A DNA stretch of 16,819 bases from a virus. Taxonomy: Duplodnaviria > Heunggongvirae > Uroviricota > Caudoviricetes. Every line of letters begins with the position of its first letter. Positions within the stretch are counted from its first letter, which is position 1. The position numbers and the translations under genes were made by a program. The notes under the pieces were generated by a model that searched no databases, had not been told where the DNA came from, and saw only the letters and a program-made list of their open reading frames with translations. Below are positions 1-7,819 of the stretch, piece by piece. Location of the stretch: IMG/VR virus record IMGVR_UViG_2690316062_000004; one strand, written 5' to 3'.

Positions 1-885
1 TTACTTTGCAATGAGATCGGGGTCAACTTCGCTAACCCGGCATCGTTTTGACCGGTTGCCCGTCTTTCTTTTTTTCACTTTCGCCAGTTCTTCCGCGGAG
101 TAATGCGACGCGACATCCAGCCGTCGAAGCCCCATTTTGATGTACTCGCTGTTGATCTCAATACCAATGAATTTTCGTCCGCTGGCGATGGCTACGGCAC
201 CGGTAGTAAAGCTACCGGCAAACGGGTCGAGAACGATATCGCCTGGGTTGGAAGAGGCGAGAATAATGCGTTTCAGTAAGGCTTCCGGTTTTTGCGTCGG
301 GTGGTTCTCATATTCATCCATTAAATAACGCACGCGCGGAAAATCCCAGACGTTACCCGGTACTTTTTGATGATTGTATGGCTGTGGAGGATTTTTGCGA
401 TAATCGATCAACGCGCGCTGCGATCCGGTTTTGGCTTCTACCAGAATAGCATCACCGTTGAATGTGTAGTTCTTTGCGTCTTTCACCATCATCAGGATGG
501 GTTCGTACATGGAGCCGTAGTGTTTTTTCGCCTGTACTCCAGAACTGTCATATGACCAGACGATGCGACTTTTGATGGTAAAAAGCTTGCGGCACTGGAG
601 ATCGATAAAGGGCATGTTTTCCGTACTGTTCATAATGTACATGCTGCCCTGCTTTTTCAGAACGCGGTGGCACTCTGCAATCACTTCAAACAGCCAGTCG
701 ATAAACAGATCTTCTTTCCAGGCTTCGATCAGACCATCAAAATTTTTACCGATGTTATACGGTGGGTCGGCAAAGATCAGATCGACGCTTTCAGTAGGTA
801 GCTTTTTAAGTTCGGCAAGGGCATCACCGTGAATAATGGTCTTAGCTTCATTACCAAACCGGGTCGGTTCACATCCTGTTCTCAT
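1..885 (-). CDS. yhdJ: DNA adenine (N6) methyltransferase, YhdJ-like
   Basis: Translation carries the N6-MTase motif IV DPPY (FADPPYNIG) and a C-terminal motif I-like DPFAGSFTTG, and matches my recollection of E. coli YhdJ along its length. Likely ATG at 885 (GGGAG RBS upstream on the minus strand); the ORF track's 891 would be a GTG start. Confidence 0.85.
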   Translation of the reverse strand: MRTGCEPTRFGNEAKTIIHGDALAELKKLPTESVDLIFADPPYNIGKNFDGLIEAWKEDLFIDWLFEVIAECHRVLKKQGSMYIMNSTENMPFIDLQCRKLFTIKSRIVWSYDSSGVQAKKHYGSMYEPILMMVKDAKNYTFNGDAILVEAKTGSQRALIDYRKNPPQPYNHQKVPGNVWDFPRVRYLMDEYENHPTQKPEALLKRIILASSNPGDIVLDPFAGSFTTGAVAIASGRKFIGIEINSEYIKMGLRRLDVASHYSAEELAKVKKRKTGNRSKRCRVSEVDPDLIAK

Positions 886-908
886 GGTCACTCCCTTTGT
901 GACACCTA

Positions 909-946
909 TAAAAAAGGCGCTTCCCCATGCCGAGTAGCGCCTTTTT
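909..946. terminator. Putative bidirectional intrinsic terminator between the fis remnant and yhdJ
   Basis: A-tract (909..915), stem GGCGCT (916..921) / AGCGCC (936..941), then T-tract (942..946). The loop is long, so this is a moderate call. Confidence 0.4.
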
Positions 947-970
947 AATCAAGCATTTAGCTAACCTGAA

Positions 971-985
971 TTAGTTCATGCCGTA
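971..985 (-). other. fis 3' end remnant, candidate attL core of the island
   Basis: Reverse complement reads TAC GGC ATG AAC TAA (Y-G-M-N-stop), the C-terminus of Fis, but the frame breaks immediately upstream (CAG then TGA). It lies exactly between the yhdJ start and the integrase gene. Confidence 0.5.
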
Positions 986-1047
986 CTGTCATATTAGCTG
1001 TTTTCATGCTTTTAGATGATTTTAATATTCATATAATAATCAATGCG

Positions 1048-1137
1048 TTGTATAAATTCATGCCTGTATATTGTTCCAGTGTTTTTCTTTGTTTATGCTA
1101 TTATGCAAGCAATTCTGTATAAACATTTGTATAAACA
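1048..1137. repeat. Four copies of (C/T)TGTATA(A/T)(A/T) upstream of int, possible integrase arm-type sites
   Basis: TTGTATAAATT at 1048..1058, CTGTATATTG at 1064..1073, CTGTATAAACA at 1115..1125, TTGTATAAACA at 1127..1137, in AT-rich DNA just 5' of the int start. Confidence 0.3.
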
Positions 1138-1155
1138 CTTTGGGCTGGGTGGTCT

Positions 1156-2376
1156 ATGGCTGGCGAACTTAACAAACTGAGCGACAGGAAGTTAAAGGGA
1201 TTACATGGTATCCCGGCCAGTAAGATTGAGTTCTATGCTGATGGTGCCGGGCTGAGCGCCAAGGTAACTAAAGCTGGTGGTATTAGCTGGGTGTTTACTT
1301 ACCGACTTGACGGGCAGAAGCTGCATCGTCTGACTCTGGGACGATACCCGGATATGAGCCTCAAAGAAGCCCGTTCATCGCGTGATAAATGCCGCCAGTG
1401 GCTGGCCTCAGGTAAAGATCCAAAGCACCAGTTGGCGTTGACTACTCAGGAAACCCTTAAACCGGTCACTGTTAAGGAAGCTATAGAATACTGGATACGC
1501 GAATATGCAGAAGAGAACCGCGCGAATGTTGAACGGCACAAAGCGGAGCTGCGAAAACACATTTATCCTTATATAGGGAAAATGGCGCTCGCTGACTGTG
1601 AAACACGATACTGGCTTGACTGCTTTGACAGGATGAAAAAGAAAACTCCAGTCGCCGCAGGTTATGTGTTCCAGATGTGCAAACAAGCCCTGAAATTCTG
1701 CCGGGTTCGTCGCTATGCTGTGAGTACCGCGCTTGAAGATTTAACAATTCCAGATGTCGGTAAAAAACAGGCAAAAAAAGACCGGGTATTAAACGATAAA
1801 GAGGCTGGCGATTTATGGGCTGCCATTTCCTCTGGCACTTGCTTCATGCCTTACTACACCAGGCTACTGACAATCTTAATAGTGTTTGGGTGCCGAACGC
1901 AGGAGGCCAGGCTATCAGAGTGGAGTGAATGGGATATGGATGCCTGGGTCTGGACAGTTCCCAAAGAGCACAGCAAGGGTGGCGAGAAGATTGTAAGACC
2001 TGTGCCGGATGCCATGCGCAAATTCATTGAAATACTGCATGATGAAACGAAACGATCCGGCCTTTTGCTTGGGTCGGTTAAAGGCAGTGAAGCGGTAAGT
2101 CAGTGGGGCCGCGGCGTTTATAAAAAGCTAGGGCATTCTGAACCATGGACACTGCACGATCTAAGACGAACTTTAGCAACGCATATGAATAATATGGGTA
2201 TAGCACCACACGTTGTCGAACAGTTGCTGGGGCACTCAATGCCGGGAGTCATGGCGATTTATAACCGTAGTCTGTACTTGCCTGAGAAACTGGATGCGTT
2301 GAATAAATGGTATGACAGACTTGATATTTTATCAGGTGGATTCACTAACATTGTTTTGTTGAATAAGGCTGAATAA
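1156..2376 (+). CDS. int: Tyrosine recombinase / phage integrase, P4 family
   Basis: 406 aa with an N-terminal arm-binding-type region, then catalytic-core signatures (R in GCRTQEA, HDLRRT, LLGH, and the tyrosine in AIYNRS). Confidence 0.9.
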   Translation: MAGELNKLSDRKLKGLHGIPASKIEFYADGAGLSAKVTKAGGISWVFTYRLDGQKLHRLTLGRYPDMSLKEARSSRDKCRQWLASGKDPKHQLALTTQETLKPVTVKEAIEYWIREYAEENRANVERHKAELRKHIYPYIGKMALADCETRYWLDCFDRMKKKTPVAAGYVFQMCKQALKFCRVRRYAVSTALEDLTIPDVGKKQAKKDRVLNDKEAGDLWAAISSGTCFMPYYTRLLTILIVFGCRTQEARLSEWSEWDMDAWVWTVPKEHSKGGEKIVRPVPDAMRKFIEILHDETKRSGLLLGSVKGSEAVSQWGRGVYKKLGHSEPWTLHDLRRTLATHMNNMGIAPHVVEQLLGHSMPGVMAIYNRSLYLPEKLDALNKWYDRLDILSGGFTNIVLLNKAE

Positions 2377-3026
2377 TGACTAGTTTTCTAAAATTGGGTA
2401 TTTTCGAGCGAGAAGCCAAAGCCCCGGAGCTAAATATTAAACAACTTGCACTACTTATGTGTGGGGTAGATCCGACAGTTAAAACTGCTGATATCCCTGA
2501 AGCGAAAGTTGAAGCTTACAATATATACTATCGACAACTGAGTAGATGGTTATCAGCATCTAAATTATTTCGAGGTGGAAACTCAACAGCCTATCCCGCA
2601 GACTATATGTTTGCTCTGGCATATCCTCTTATTGATGAAGATATTACACCACAACCCATAAAGGACAGATGCCTTGCGGCGGTGGCTATAATTGCTAATC
2701 AAAACAAAGGAAAAGAGCATCTTTATGCTATGGGAGGGGATGAGCTTTTACAGGTCGGAATTGCATTGAAAAGCAGCAAACGCGGCTTGCATCGTAAAGA
2801 AGATGAAAAGGAATATAATGATAAATTAATGGGGATGCTGGTCAAGCTTATAGCACATAAGATAGGCCATTCGTTTGGCACCTCTAAAAAACCAAGCATC
2901 TCGGCTATTTTAAACGAACTATATAAATTAGCTGATGAGGAAGGTATATCTAAAACTGGATTATCTAAATCAGCAATATATGAGAAAATTCGAAAGGCAT
3001 TAAATTCGATTTATTATACGGAATGA
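2376..3026 (+). CDS. Hypothetical protein (216 aa), AT-rich, int-coupled cargo gene
   Basis: ATG overlaps the int stop (TAATG at 2374..2378). The gene is visibly AT-rich compared with the neighbouring genes. I recognise no family motif. Confidence 0.6.
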   Translation: MTSFLKLGIFEREAKAPELNIKQLALLMCGVDPTVKTADIPEAKVEAYNIYYRQLSRWLSASKLFRGGNSTAYPADYMFALAYPLIDEDITPQPIKDRCLAAVAIIANQNKGKEHLYAMGGDELLQVGIALKSSKRGLHRKEDEKEYNDKLMGMLVKLIAHKIGHSFGTSKKPSISAILNELYKLADEEGISKTGLSKSAIYEKIRKALNSIYYTE

Positions 3027-3160
3027 ATATTATTTTGCAGTGTTAGTAGGTATTATTTATATTTCATGTGAAAATACTAATTAATTATATTTGTTGGAGC
3101 TTTTGGCGATTCTATGATCGCCAAGGAGATTCAATTGTTATATTTGATGTGTATTACCGT

Positions 3161-3270
3161 TACATTCAACAGCATTCAACAGCATTCAACAGCATTCAAC
3201 AGCATTCAACGACACGTAATGACACGTTATGACACGTAACGGCACCCGACAGCACCTAACAATACCTAGC
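3161..3270. repeat. Eleven 10-bp phased direct repeats (five AGCATTCAAC-type, then degenerate GACACGTAAT-type units)
   Basis: Read directly: tACATTCAAC, AGCATTCAAC x4, GACACGTAAT, GACACGTTAT, GACACGTAAC, GGCACCCGAC, AGCACCTAAC, AATACCTAGC, with strict 10-bp periodicity. Confidence 0.8.
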
Positions 3271-3310
3271 TCCATCCACGGTCCCTACTAGGTCATTACT
3301 TGCTAACTTT

Positions 3311-3373
3311 TTCCATCTTTGTTCATGGTTATTCATCACTGTTCATCAGCGTTCATCATTGTTCATCTTTGTT
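3311..3373. repeat. Six 10-bp phased GTTCATC-type repeats (iteron-like, one mismatch from TGTTCACC)
   Basis: ttccatcttt / gttcatggtt / attcatcact / gttcatcagc / gttcatcatt / gttcatcttt. TGTTCATC differs by one base from the TGTTCACC units clustered after the primase gene. Confidence 0.7.
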
Positions 3374-3626
3374 ATGAACAATCCAAGGTGAATCAAATCG
3401 TTAAAGAACGGTGATCTTCGGCGAGTTATTGAAATTCATGATTTTTTCTCTCGAGACAGCCGTTGAAATTACTGTGGAAACTGTTTTAAACAGGGGAGCG
3501 TTATCTTGATGGAATTTCTATCTTTCAATGGAATTGCATGTTCTTTTAAAGGATTCCAGAATCAATGGAAATTCTGGTCGTTTATCCACTAATCTCTTCG
3601 CATAACATTGAAACAGTGGAGGCAGC

Positions 3627-3911
3627 ATGCAAAATATAACCTTTACCCCGCCAAATCCTGAACAGCGCCGCACCCTTTTAGAAGAGTACGGCTTTAAGTT
3701 TGATCGCCGAATCCGTGAAGATGAATGCAGCGAGATCACCAGTCTTTCCCGTTCCAGCCGCTGGAAGATGGAGCAGCAGGGGCGCTTCCCTCCGCGCTGT
3801 CACTTTGGCCGCAATAGCTGTGCTTGGCTTCTTTCGGATGTGCTCTGGTGGGTTCGTAATCCGCCAGCAGTAGAGAACGTCAATAACCCATACAGCCGTA
3901 AATCTGCTTAA
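3627..3911 (+). CDS. alpA: AlpA-family (prophage CP4-57-type) transcriptional regulator
   Basis: 94 aa; the SLSRSSRWKMEQQGRFPPR segment is the typical AlpA/Vis-like helix-turn-helix signature. GGAGG RBS at 3619..3623 before the ATG at 3627. Confidence 0.8.
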   Translation: MQNITFTPPNPEQRRTLLEEYGFKFDRRIREDECSEITSLSRSSRWKMEQQGRFPPRCHFGRNSCAWLLSDVLWWVRNPPAVENVNNPYSRKSA

Positions 3912-3931
3912 TTAACCACAGGTAATCTGAG

Positions 3932-4624
3932 ATGAAAAAGATTAATGCCCTCCACGGGCAGGGATTCGCTCACCCTGTAGCCAGCCAGCACGATATTTCA
4001 GCGAACCGTAAACAGGTTATTTCCGGTGACTGGTCGCCCATTAATCGCGGTGAATTTACGCTTGCCGATCTGGGGTTGCGCCACAACGGTAACGGGCTGG
4101 TGTGGCTGCGTTCCGGCGTGTCCGTGCATGAGGCAGACCATGATGTAGGGATAAGCGGCAAGGACAAGACCAAAGGAAGGGTTAATGGTCTTCCTTTTGA
4201 ATTTGTCGGCCAGTGGCAGGAATACCCGACTAAACGCAGCTTTGCCGTTTCAGTATCTACGGAACTACGCCGCCAGTATTACCCGGACGATGCCACTTTT
4301 GGTAAGGCGATGCGTGAGGCGGGTTATATCCCCGTGCGCACCCGTAAATTGACCGGGAAGCTGGCAAGTTACTGGCTGTATAGAGTAACGGGTAACGATA
4401 AGGGGGTATGCACAGCAGAACCCACGCCCTGCAAGGCTTCCGCGCCAGTTGTCCAGACCATATCTAAGCCTCATCCGTGGTTTAAACGTGTGGCACTCGA
4501 TGGTAAATGGCAGTACGTCTACGCAGATCACATCCGCTTTCTGACGAAAAAGCGTCATCGCGTCGATGGTGTTCGGGTTCAGGGGTATACCGCTGGCGGG
4601 CTGAAAGTGGAGGCTATTGTATGA
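3932..4624 (+). CDS. Hypothetical protein (230 aa), backbone gene of unknown function
   Basis: Long ORF with backbone-like GC content directly after alpA. No motif recognised. Confidence 0.55.
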   Translation: MKKINALHGQGFAHPVASQHDISANRKQVISGDWSPINRGEFTLADLGLRHNGNGLVWLRSGVSVHEADHDVGISGKDKTKGRVNGLPFEFVGQWQEYPTKRSFAVSVSTELRRQYYPDDATFGKAMREAGYIPVRTRKLTGKLASYWLYRVTGNDKGVCTAEPTPCKASAPVVQTISKPHPWFKRVALDGKWQYVYADHIRFLTKKRHRVDGVRVQGYTAGGLKVEAIV

Positions 4625-4734
4625 CAGGCAAAACAAAGGCGGCCATGCCGGGCCGCCAGTGCAATACCGCTTTACAGAAACATCGCCAGATTACCAGGCT
4701 TGCCGCTGGTGGTCAAACCTTGAGCCGACGAAAT

Positions 4735-4772
4735 CCGTACGCACAAATTAACCGCGTACGTTTAACGTACGG
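4735..4772. promoter_or_regulatory. CGTACG-based palindrome cluster, possible operator
   Basis: Perfect 8+1+8 inverted repeat CGTACGTT-t-AACGTACG at 4755..4771, plus a further CCGTACG half-site at 4735..4741. Confidence 0.3.
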
Positions 4773-4875
4773 AGATCGAGACAAAGGCGAACAGTATTCG
4801 GGTTCATGGCAAAACAACGTTAAACGTGGTTTAGAGGCTCCGACGAAAAACGTAGAGAGCTGCGAAGATAACCAA

Positions 4876-4945
4876 CCCTCTTTAAGAGGGGAGCCTCTGC
4901 ACAACTCATTAATAGTTGCGCAAAACAGACCCTTTTTAAGAGGGG
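4876..4945. repeat. Two copies of a 16-bp palindromic unit, CCCTCTTTAAGAGGGG and CCCTTTTTAAGAGGGG
   Basis: 15 of 16 positions identical at 4876..4891 and 4930..4945; each unit is a (near-)perfect inverted repeat. They lie just 3' of the minus-strand small gene. Confidence 0.5.
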
Positions 4946-4976
4946 CAGTCCACAGCATTACGGGGAGTAACCCTGT

Positions 4977-5150
4977 TCAGCCTTTTGGCTCGATGCCGCG
5001 CTTATCAAGTTCACGGCGCAAAAGGCGTTTTATCCATCCCGACTTATTATCGTCACCGTCTTCTTTCATCGCTAAAGCGAGCCGCTCTGACAGTTCTTTA
5101 TCGAGTCTGAGCTGCACAACATGGCGCTCTTTATTTTCGCTTGTTGACAT
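4977..5150 (-). CDS. Small ribbon-helix-helix-like DNA-binding protein (57 aa), candidate repressor
   Basis: Internal ATG at 5150 preceded on the minus strand by GGAG. The peptide [57 protein letters not shown] has the strand-helix-helix pattern of Arc/CopG-type proteins. The 38-aa proline-rich extension in the ORF track (start 5264) looks non-coding. Confidence 0.45.
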   Translation of the reverse strand: MSTSENKERHVVQLRLDKELSERLALAMKEDGDDNKSGWIKRLLRRELDKRGIEPKG

Positions 5151-5192
5151 TGTCAACTCCTGTGGTCTAGTCTGTAGTGGAGTTGACAATGT
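5147..5192. promoter_or_regulatory. Perfect 14-bp inverted repeat with 18-bp spacer, covering the RBS and start codon of the RHH gene
   Basis: ACATTGTCAACTCC (5147..5160) and GGAGTTGACAATGT (5179..5192) are exact reverse complements. TTGACA hexamers occur at 5144..5149 and 5183..5188. Confidence 0.6.
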
Positions 5193-5289
5193 ACTACATT
5201 GCATGACTTTTAGTAAAGCAAAGCCCGGCAGTGGTGGAACACTAACCGGGCCTCTAACCACCACCGTTAGCGAAAGTAACGAGGCAGCT

Positions 5290-5481
5290 ATGAAAGATCA
5301 TATCACACACCCGCAAGGGCGGAAGTCCTACATCTGGCGTTTTCTTGCACTGAGCGCCATCGGTCGCAACGTCATTCACATCACAGCTAACACTGAGCGC
5401 GAAGCCCGTGAGCAATCACCGGCTGGCTGCGTGATGGTATGCGCTGGCCGTCTACCAGTTCAGGAGGTTCGCTATGCGTGA
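5290..5481 (+). CDS. Hypothetical small protein (63 aa), first gene of the replication operon
   Basis: ATG at 5290 with GAGG five nt upstream; stop overlaps the next ATG (ATGCGTGA). It is the only plausible part of the 324-aa track ORF. Confidence 0.35.
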   Translation: MKDHITHPQGRKSYIWRFLALSAIGRNVIHITANTEREAREQSPAGCVMVCAGRLPVQEVRYA

Positions 5482-5668
5482 GCCAATCTGTCTGGAGCAG
5501 GCCGAATATAAATCAGCGCTGGCTTCATCACTTTACGAAACCATCCTGGAAAAAGCCTCTGCTGAATGTTCAGAAACGCTGCTGAATCTGATTTCTATTG
5601 CGTGTGATTTTAATCAGGAAATTCACCGGGCATTAATCGCCGAGCTGCACATGGGAGAGACAAAGTGA
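5474..5668 (+). CDS. Hypothetical small protein (64 aa)
   Basis: Strong AGGAGG RBS at 5463..5468 before the ATG at 5474. Confidence 0.5.
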   Translation: MREPICLEQAEYKSALASSLYETILEKASAECSETLLNLISIACDFNQEIHRALIAELHMGETK

Positions 5669-5880
5669 GACAGGTTCCTTTTGAAGTCCTGATGCACGCT
5701 GAAAATGCCCTTTCAGAAAGTGAGTGCGCAATGTCTGTGCTGAGCATGTGGATTGACAGCATTCCCGACGGTGAAGAACACCGTGAGGAAGCGTGCCGTG
5801 TCGGAGCAATTATGTCTCTGCTGCACAAATCTATCGGCGAGCTGGTGAAGGCGCGGGAGGCTTACAGTGCGAAATCCTGA
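5665..5880 (+). CDS. Hypothetical small protein (71 aa)
   Basis: GTG start overlapping the upstream stop (GTGA), with GGGAGAG RBS upstream. Confidence 0.45.
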   Translation: MRQVPFEVLMHAENALSESECAMSVLSMWIDSIPDGEEHREEACRVGAIMSLLHKSIGELVKAREAYSAKS

Positions 5881-6058
5881 AATCAACGATAGCTGGAAGG
5901 ATAAGCGCGGCGAACTGGTCACGGTGAAAGATAACGCATTTAACCGGGTAACGTTTGTGCGTGATGGTTACGATTTTCCGTGCATCTTTCCGCTGGAAAG
6001 GTTCGTTAAAGAGTTCACTTTCGTTAGCTGGGGGCTGAAAGATGAAAAACGCGCCTAA
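5867..6058 (+). CDS. Hypothetical small protein (63 aa)
   Basis: GTG start with GGGAGG RBS at 5855..5860; the 3' end overlaps the primase start. Confidence 0.45.
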   Translation: MRNPEINDSWKDKRGELVTVKDNAFNRVTFVRDGYDFPCIFPLERFVKEFTFVSWGLKDEKRA

Positions 6059-7811
6059 TGTGAAAACCCTCCCGCGCGACAAAATGGAGGAGGCCATCAT
6101 CTTTGCTGGAACGGGAGCATGGAAAGCCGCTCAGGATTACCAGAAAGGCAAGGGCGAGCATGGAGACGATGTTCCACCTGTGGTTCTGGATCACACCCAA
6201 CTGGCGGAATTGCCACACCTGCGCATTGTTGATAAAGGCCGTCGGTTTGCTCGTGTCTGTCAGGCCGGACTTATCGAGCAAAACCAAATCAGCATGATTG
6301 CAAATAAGCTGTGTGAGGCTGGCGTTACCAATGCTGAGTTTATCAACGAAAAAGGTGAGAAAGAGGACTGGACGCCATTAATGAAGCGTTTGGAAGACGA
6401 GCCCCTAATGGTGACTACGAGGGGTAGTGCTACGCCAGCGCTTAACCAGATGGGAGCCAGCCAGCGCGGGGAGGTTCTGCTTGCTCATTACGATGGCAAT
6501 CTGGCGATCCATGCTGATTCTGACACGGTTCATCATTACAACGGCGTGGTGTGGGTTCCGCTTTCGGATAAAGAGCTACAGCGGGAAATGGCGCAAATTT
6601 TTATTGATGCCGAAGTCGCCTATTCGCAGAACGCGATTAAATCCGCTGTCGATACAATGAAGCTGGGTCTGCCAGTGATGGGTAATACAGCCCGAAATCT
6701 TATTGGTTTCAGCAACGGGGTTTTTGATACCCGGTTAGGCCAATTTCGACCGCATGATAAAAAGGACTGGCTTATCGTTGCGAGCGAATTGCCATTCAGC
6801 GAACCAGCAGAAGGAGAGACTCTGGCAACCCATGCGCCGAACTTCTGGAAATGGCTCCGCCGCTCAGTGGCGGATAATGACCGAAAAGCAGACCGCGTAC
6901 TGTCTGCGCTGTTTATGGTGCTGGCGAACCGGTACGACTGGCAGCTGTTTCTTGAGGTAACGGGGCCGGGCGGAAGTGGTAAAAGTGTTATGGCTGAGAT
7001 CTGCACGATGCTGGCGGGCAAGGCCAACACCGTATCAGCGAGCATGGCGGCGCTGGAGAACCCAAGGGAAAGGGCGCTGGTAGTGGGCTATTCGCTGATT
7101 ATCATGCCGGATATGACCCGGTACGCTGGCGACGGCGCAGGGATTAAAGCTATCACTGGCGGGGATAAGGTAGCCATTGACCCTAAACACAAAGCGCCAT
7201 ATTCAACCCGTATTCCAGCGGTGGTGCTTGCCGTCAATAACAATGCCATGTCGTTCAGCGACAGAAGCGGGGGGGTTTCCAGACGGCGGGTGATTTTCAA
7301 CTTCTCCGAAGTGGTACCGGAAAACGAACGCGATCCTATGCTGGCCGAGAAGATTGAAGGTGAGCTGGCTGTAATCATTCGCCACCTGCTCACTCGCTTT
7401 TCCAGGCAGGACGAAGCCAAACAGCTTTTGCATGAGCAGCAGAAATCAGAAGAAGCGCTGGCCATCAAACGTGAAGGGGATTCACTGGTGGACTTTTGCG
7501 GCTACCTGATGGCTTCGGTGGTTTGTGATGGAATGCTGATTGGCAATGCCGAGATCGTGCCATTCAGCCCGCGCCGTTATCTGTATCACGCTTATCTGGC
7601 TTATATGCGGGCTAATGGTCTGAGCAAGCCGGTATCGCTGATGAGGTTCGGTACGGATATGCCAGGCGCAATGGCTGAATATGGCAAGGAGTACCAGAAG
7701 CGCAAAACAAAACATGGCATAAGGTCAAACGTCACGCTTCACGACGACTCAGAAGACTGGATGCCTATGTGGAATGATACATCTCATAACAGTGGAGAAA
7801 ATCAAAAGTAA
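6042..7811 (+). CDS. P4-family primase/replicative helicase (alpha-like, D5/SF3 NTPase)
   Basis: 589 aa; Walker A GPGGSGKS with downstream Walker B-like acidic stretch (LIIMPDMT), the usual layout of phage/plasmid primase P4-family C-terminal domains. Followed immediately by an iteron cluster. Confidence 0.85.
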   Translation: MKNAPNVKTLPRDKMEEAIIFAGTGAWKAAQDYQKGKGEHGDDVPPVVLDHTQLAELPHLRIVDKGRRFARVCQAGLIEQNQISMIANKLCEAGVTNAEFINEKGEKEDWTPLMKRLEDEPLMVTTRGSATPALNQMGASQRGEVLLAHYDGNLAIHADSDTVHHYNGVVWVPLSDKELQREMAQIFIDAEVAYSQNAIKSAVDTMKLGLPVMGNTARNLIGFSNGVFDTRLGQFRPHDKKDWLIVASELPFSEPAEGETLATHAPNFWKWLRRSVADNDRKADRVLSALFMVLANRYDWQLFLEVTGPGGSGKSVMAEICTMLAGKANTVSASMAALENPRERALVVGYSLIIMPDMTRYAGDGAGIKAITGGDKVAIDPKHKAPYSTRIPAVVLAVNNNAMSFSDRSGGVSRRRVIFNFSEVVPENERDPMLAEKIEGELAVIIRHLLTRFSRQDEAKQLLHEQQKSEEALAIKREGDSLVDFCGYLMASVVCDGMLIGNAEIVPFSPRRYLYHAYLAYMRANGLSKPVSLMRFGTDMPGAMAEYGKEYQKRKTKHGIRSNVTLHDDSEDWMPMWNDTSHNSGENQK

Positions 7812-7819
7812 TGGGAAAA

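Noticed and set aside
892-1155. tRNA gene at the integration site
   Set aside because: P4-type integrases usually target tRNA 3' ends, but I found no tRNA-like sequence here; the junction instead carries a fis 3' remnant.
3161-3270. Possible CRISPR array suggested by the tandem repeats
   Set aside because: The units are only 10 bp, directly abutting, with no spacers and no cas genes; they are iteron-like or regulatory tandem repeats.
5189-5206. Plus-strand ATG at 5189 preceded by GGAGTTGACA
   Set aside because: The frame encodes only five codons (MYYIA-stop); the RBS-like context simply mirrors the minus-strand start through the inverted repeat.
5151-5264. Longer 95-aa form of the minus-strand small gene
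   Set aside because: The extension is proline-rich and runs across the inverted repeat; the internal ATG at 5150 has a GGAG RBS.
4507-5481. 324-aa plus-strand ORF spanning the region between the 230-aa gene and the replication operon
   Set aside because: It reads through palindromes and the divergent switch, overlaps the minus-strand RHH gene, and has a non-protein-like composition. Only its last 63 codons (5290..5481), which have their own RBS, look plausible.
6620-7468. Minus-strand ORFs (141, 126 and 76 aa) inside the primase/helicase gene
   Set aside because: Embedded antisense in a gene with clear Walker motifs; no independent support.
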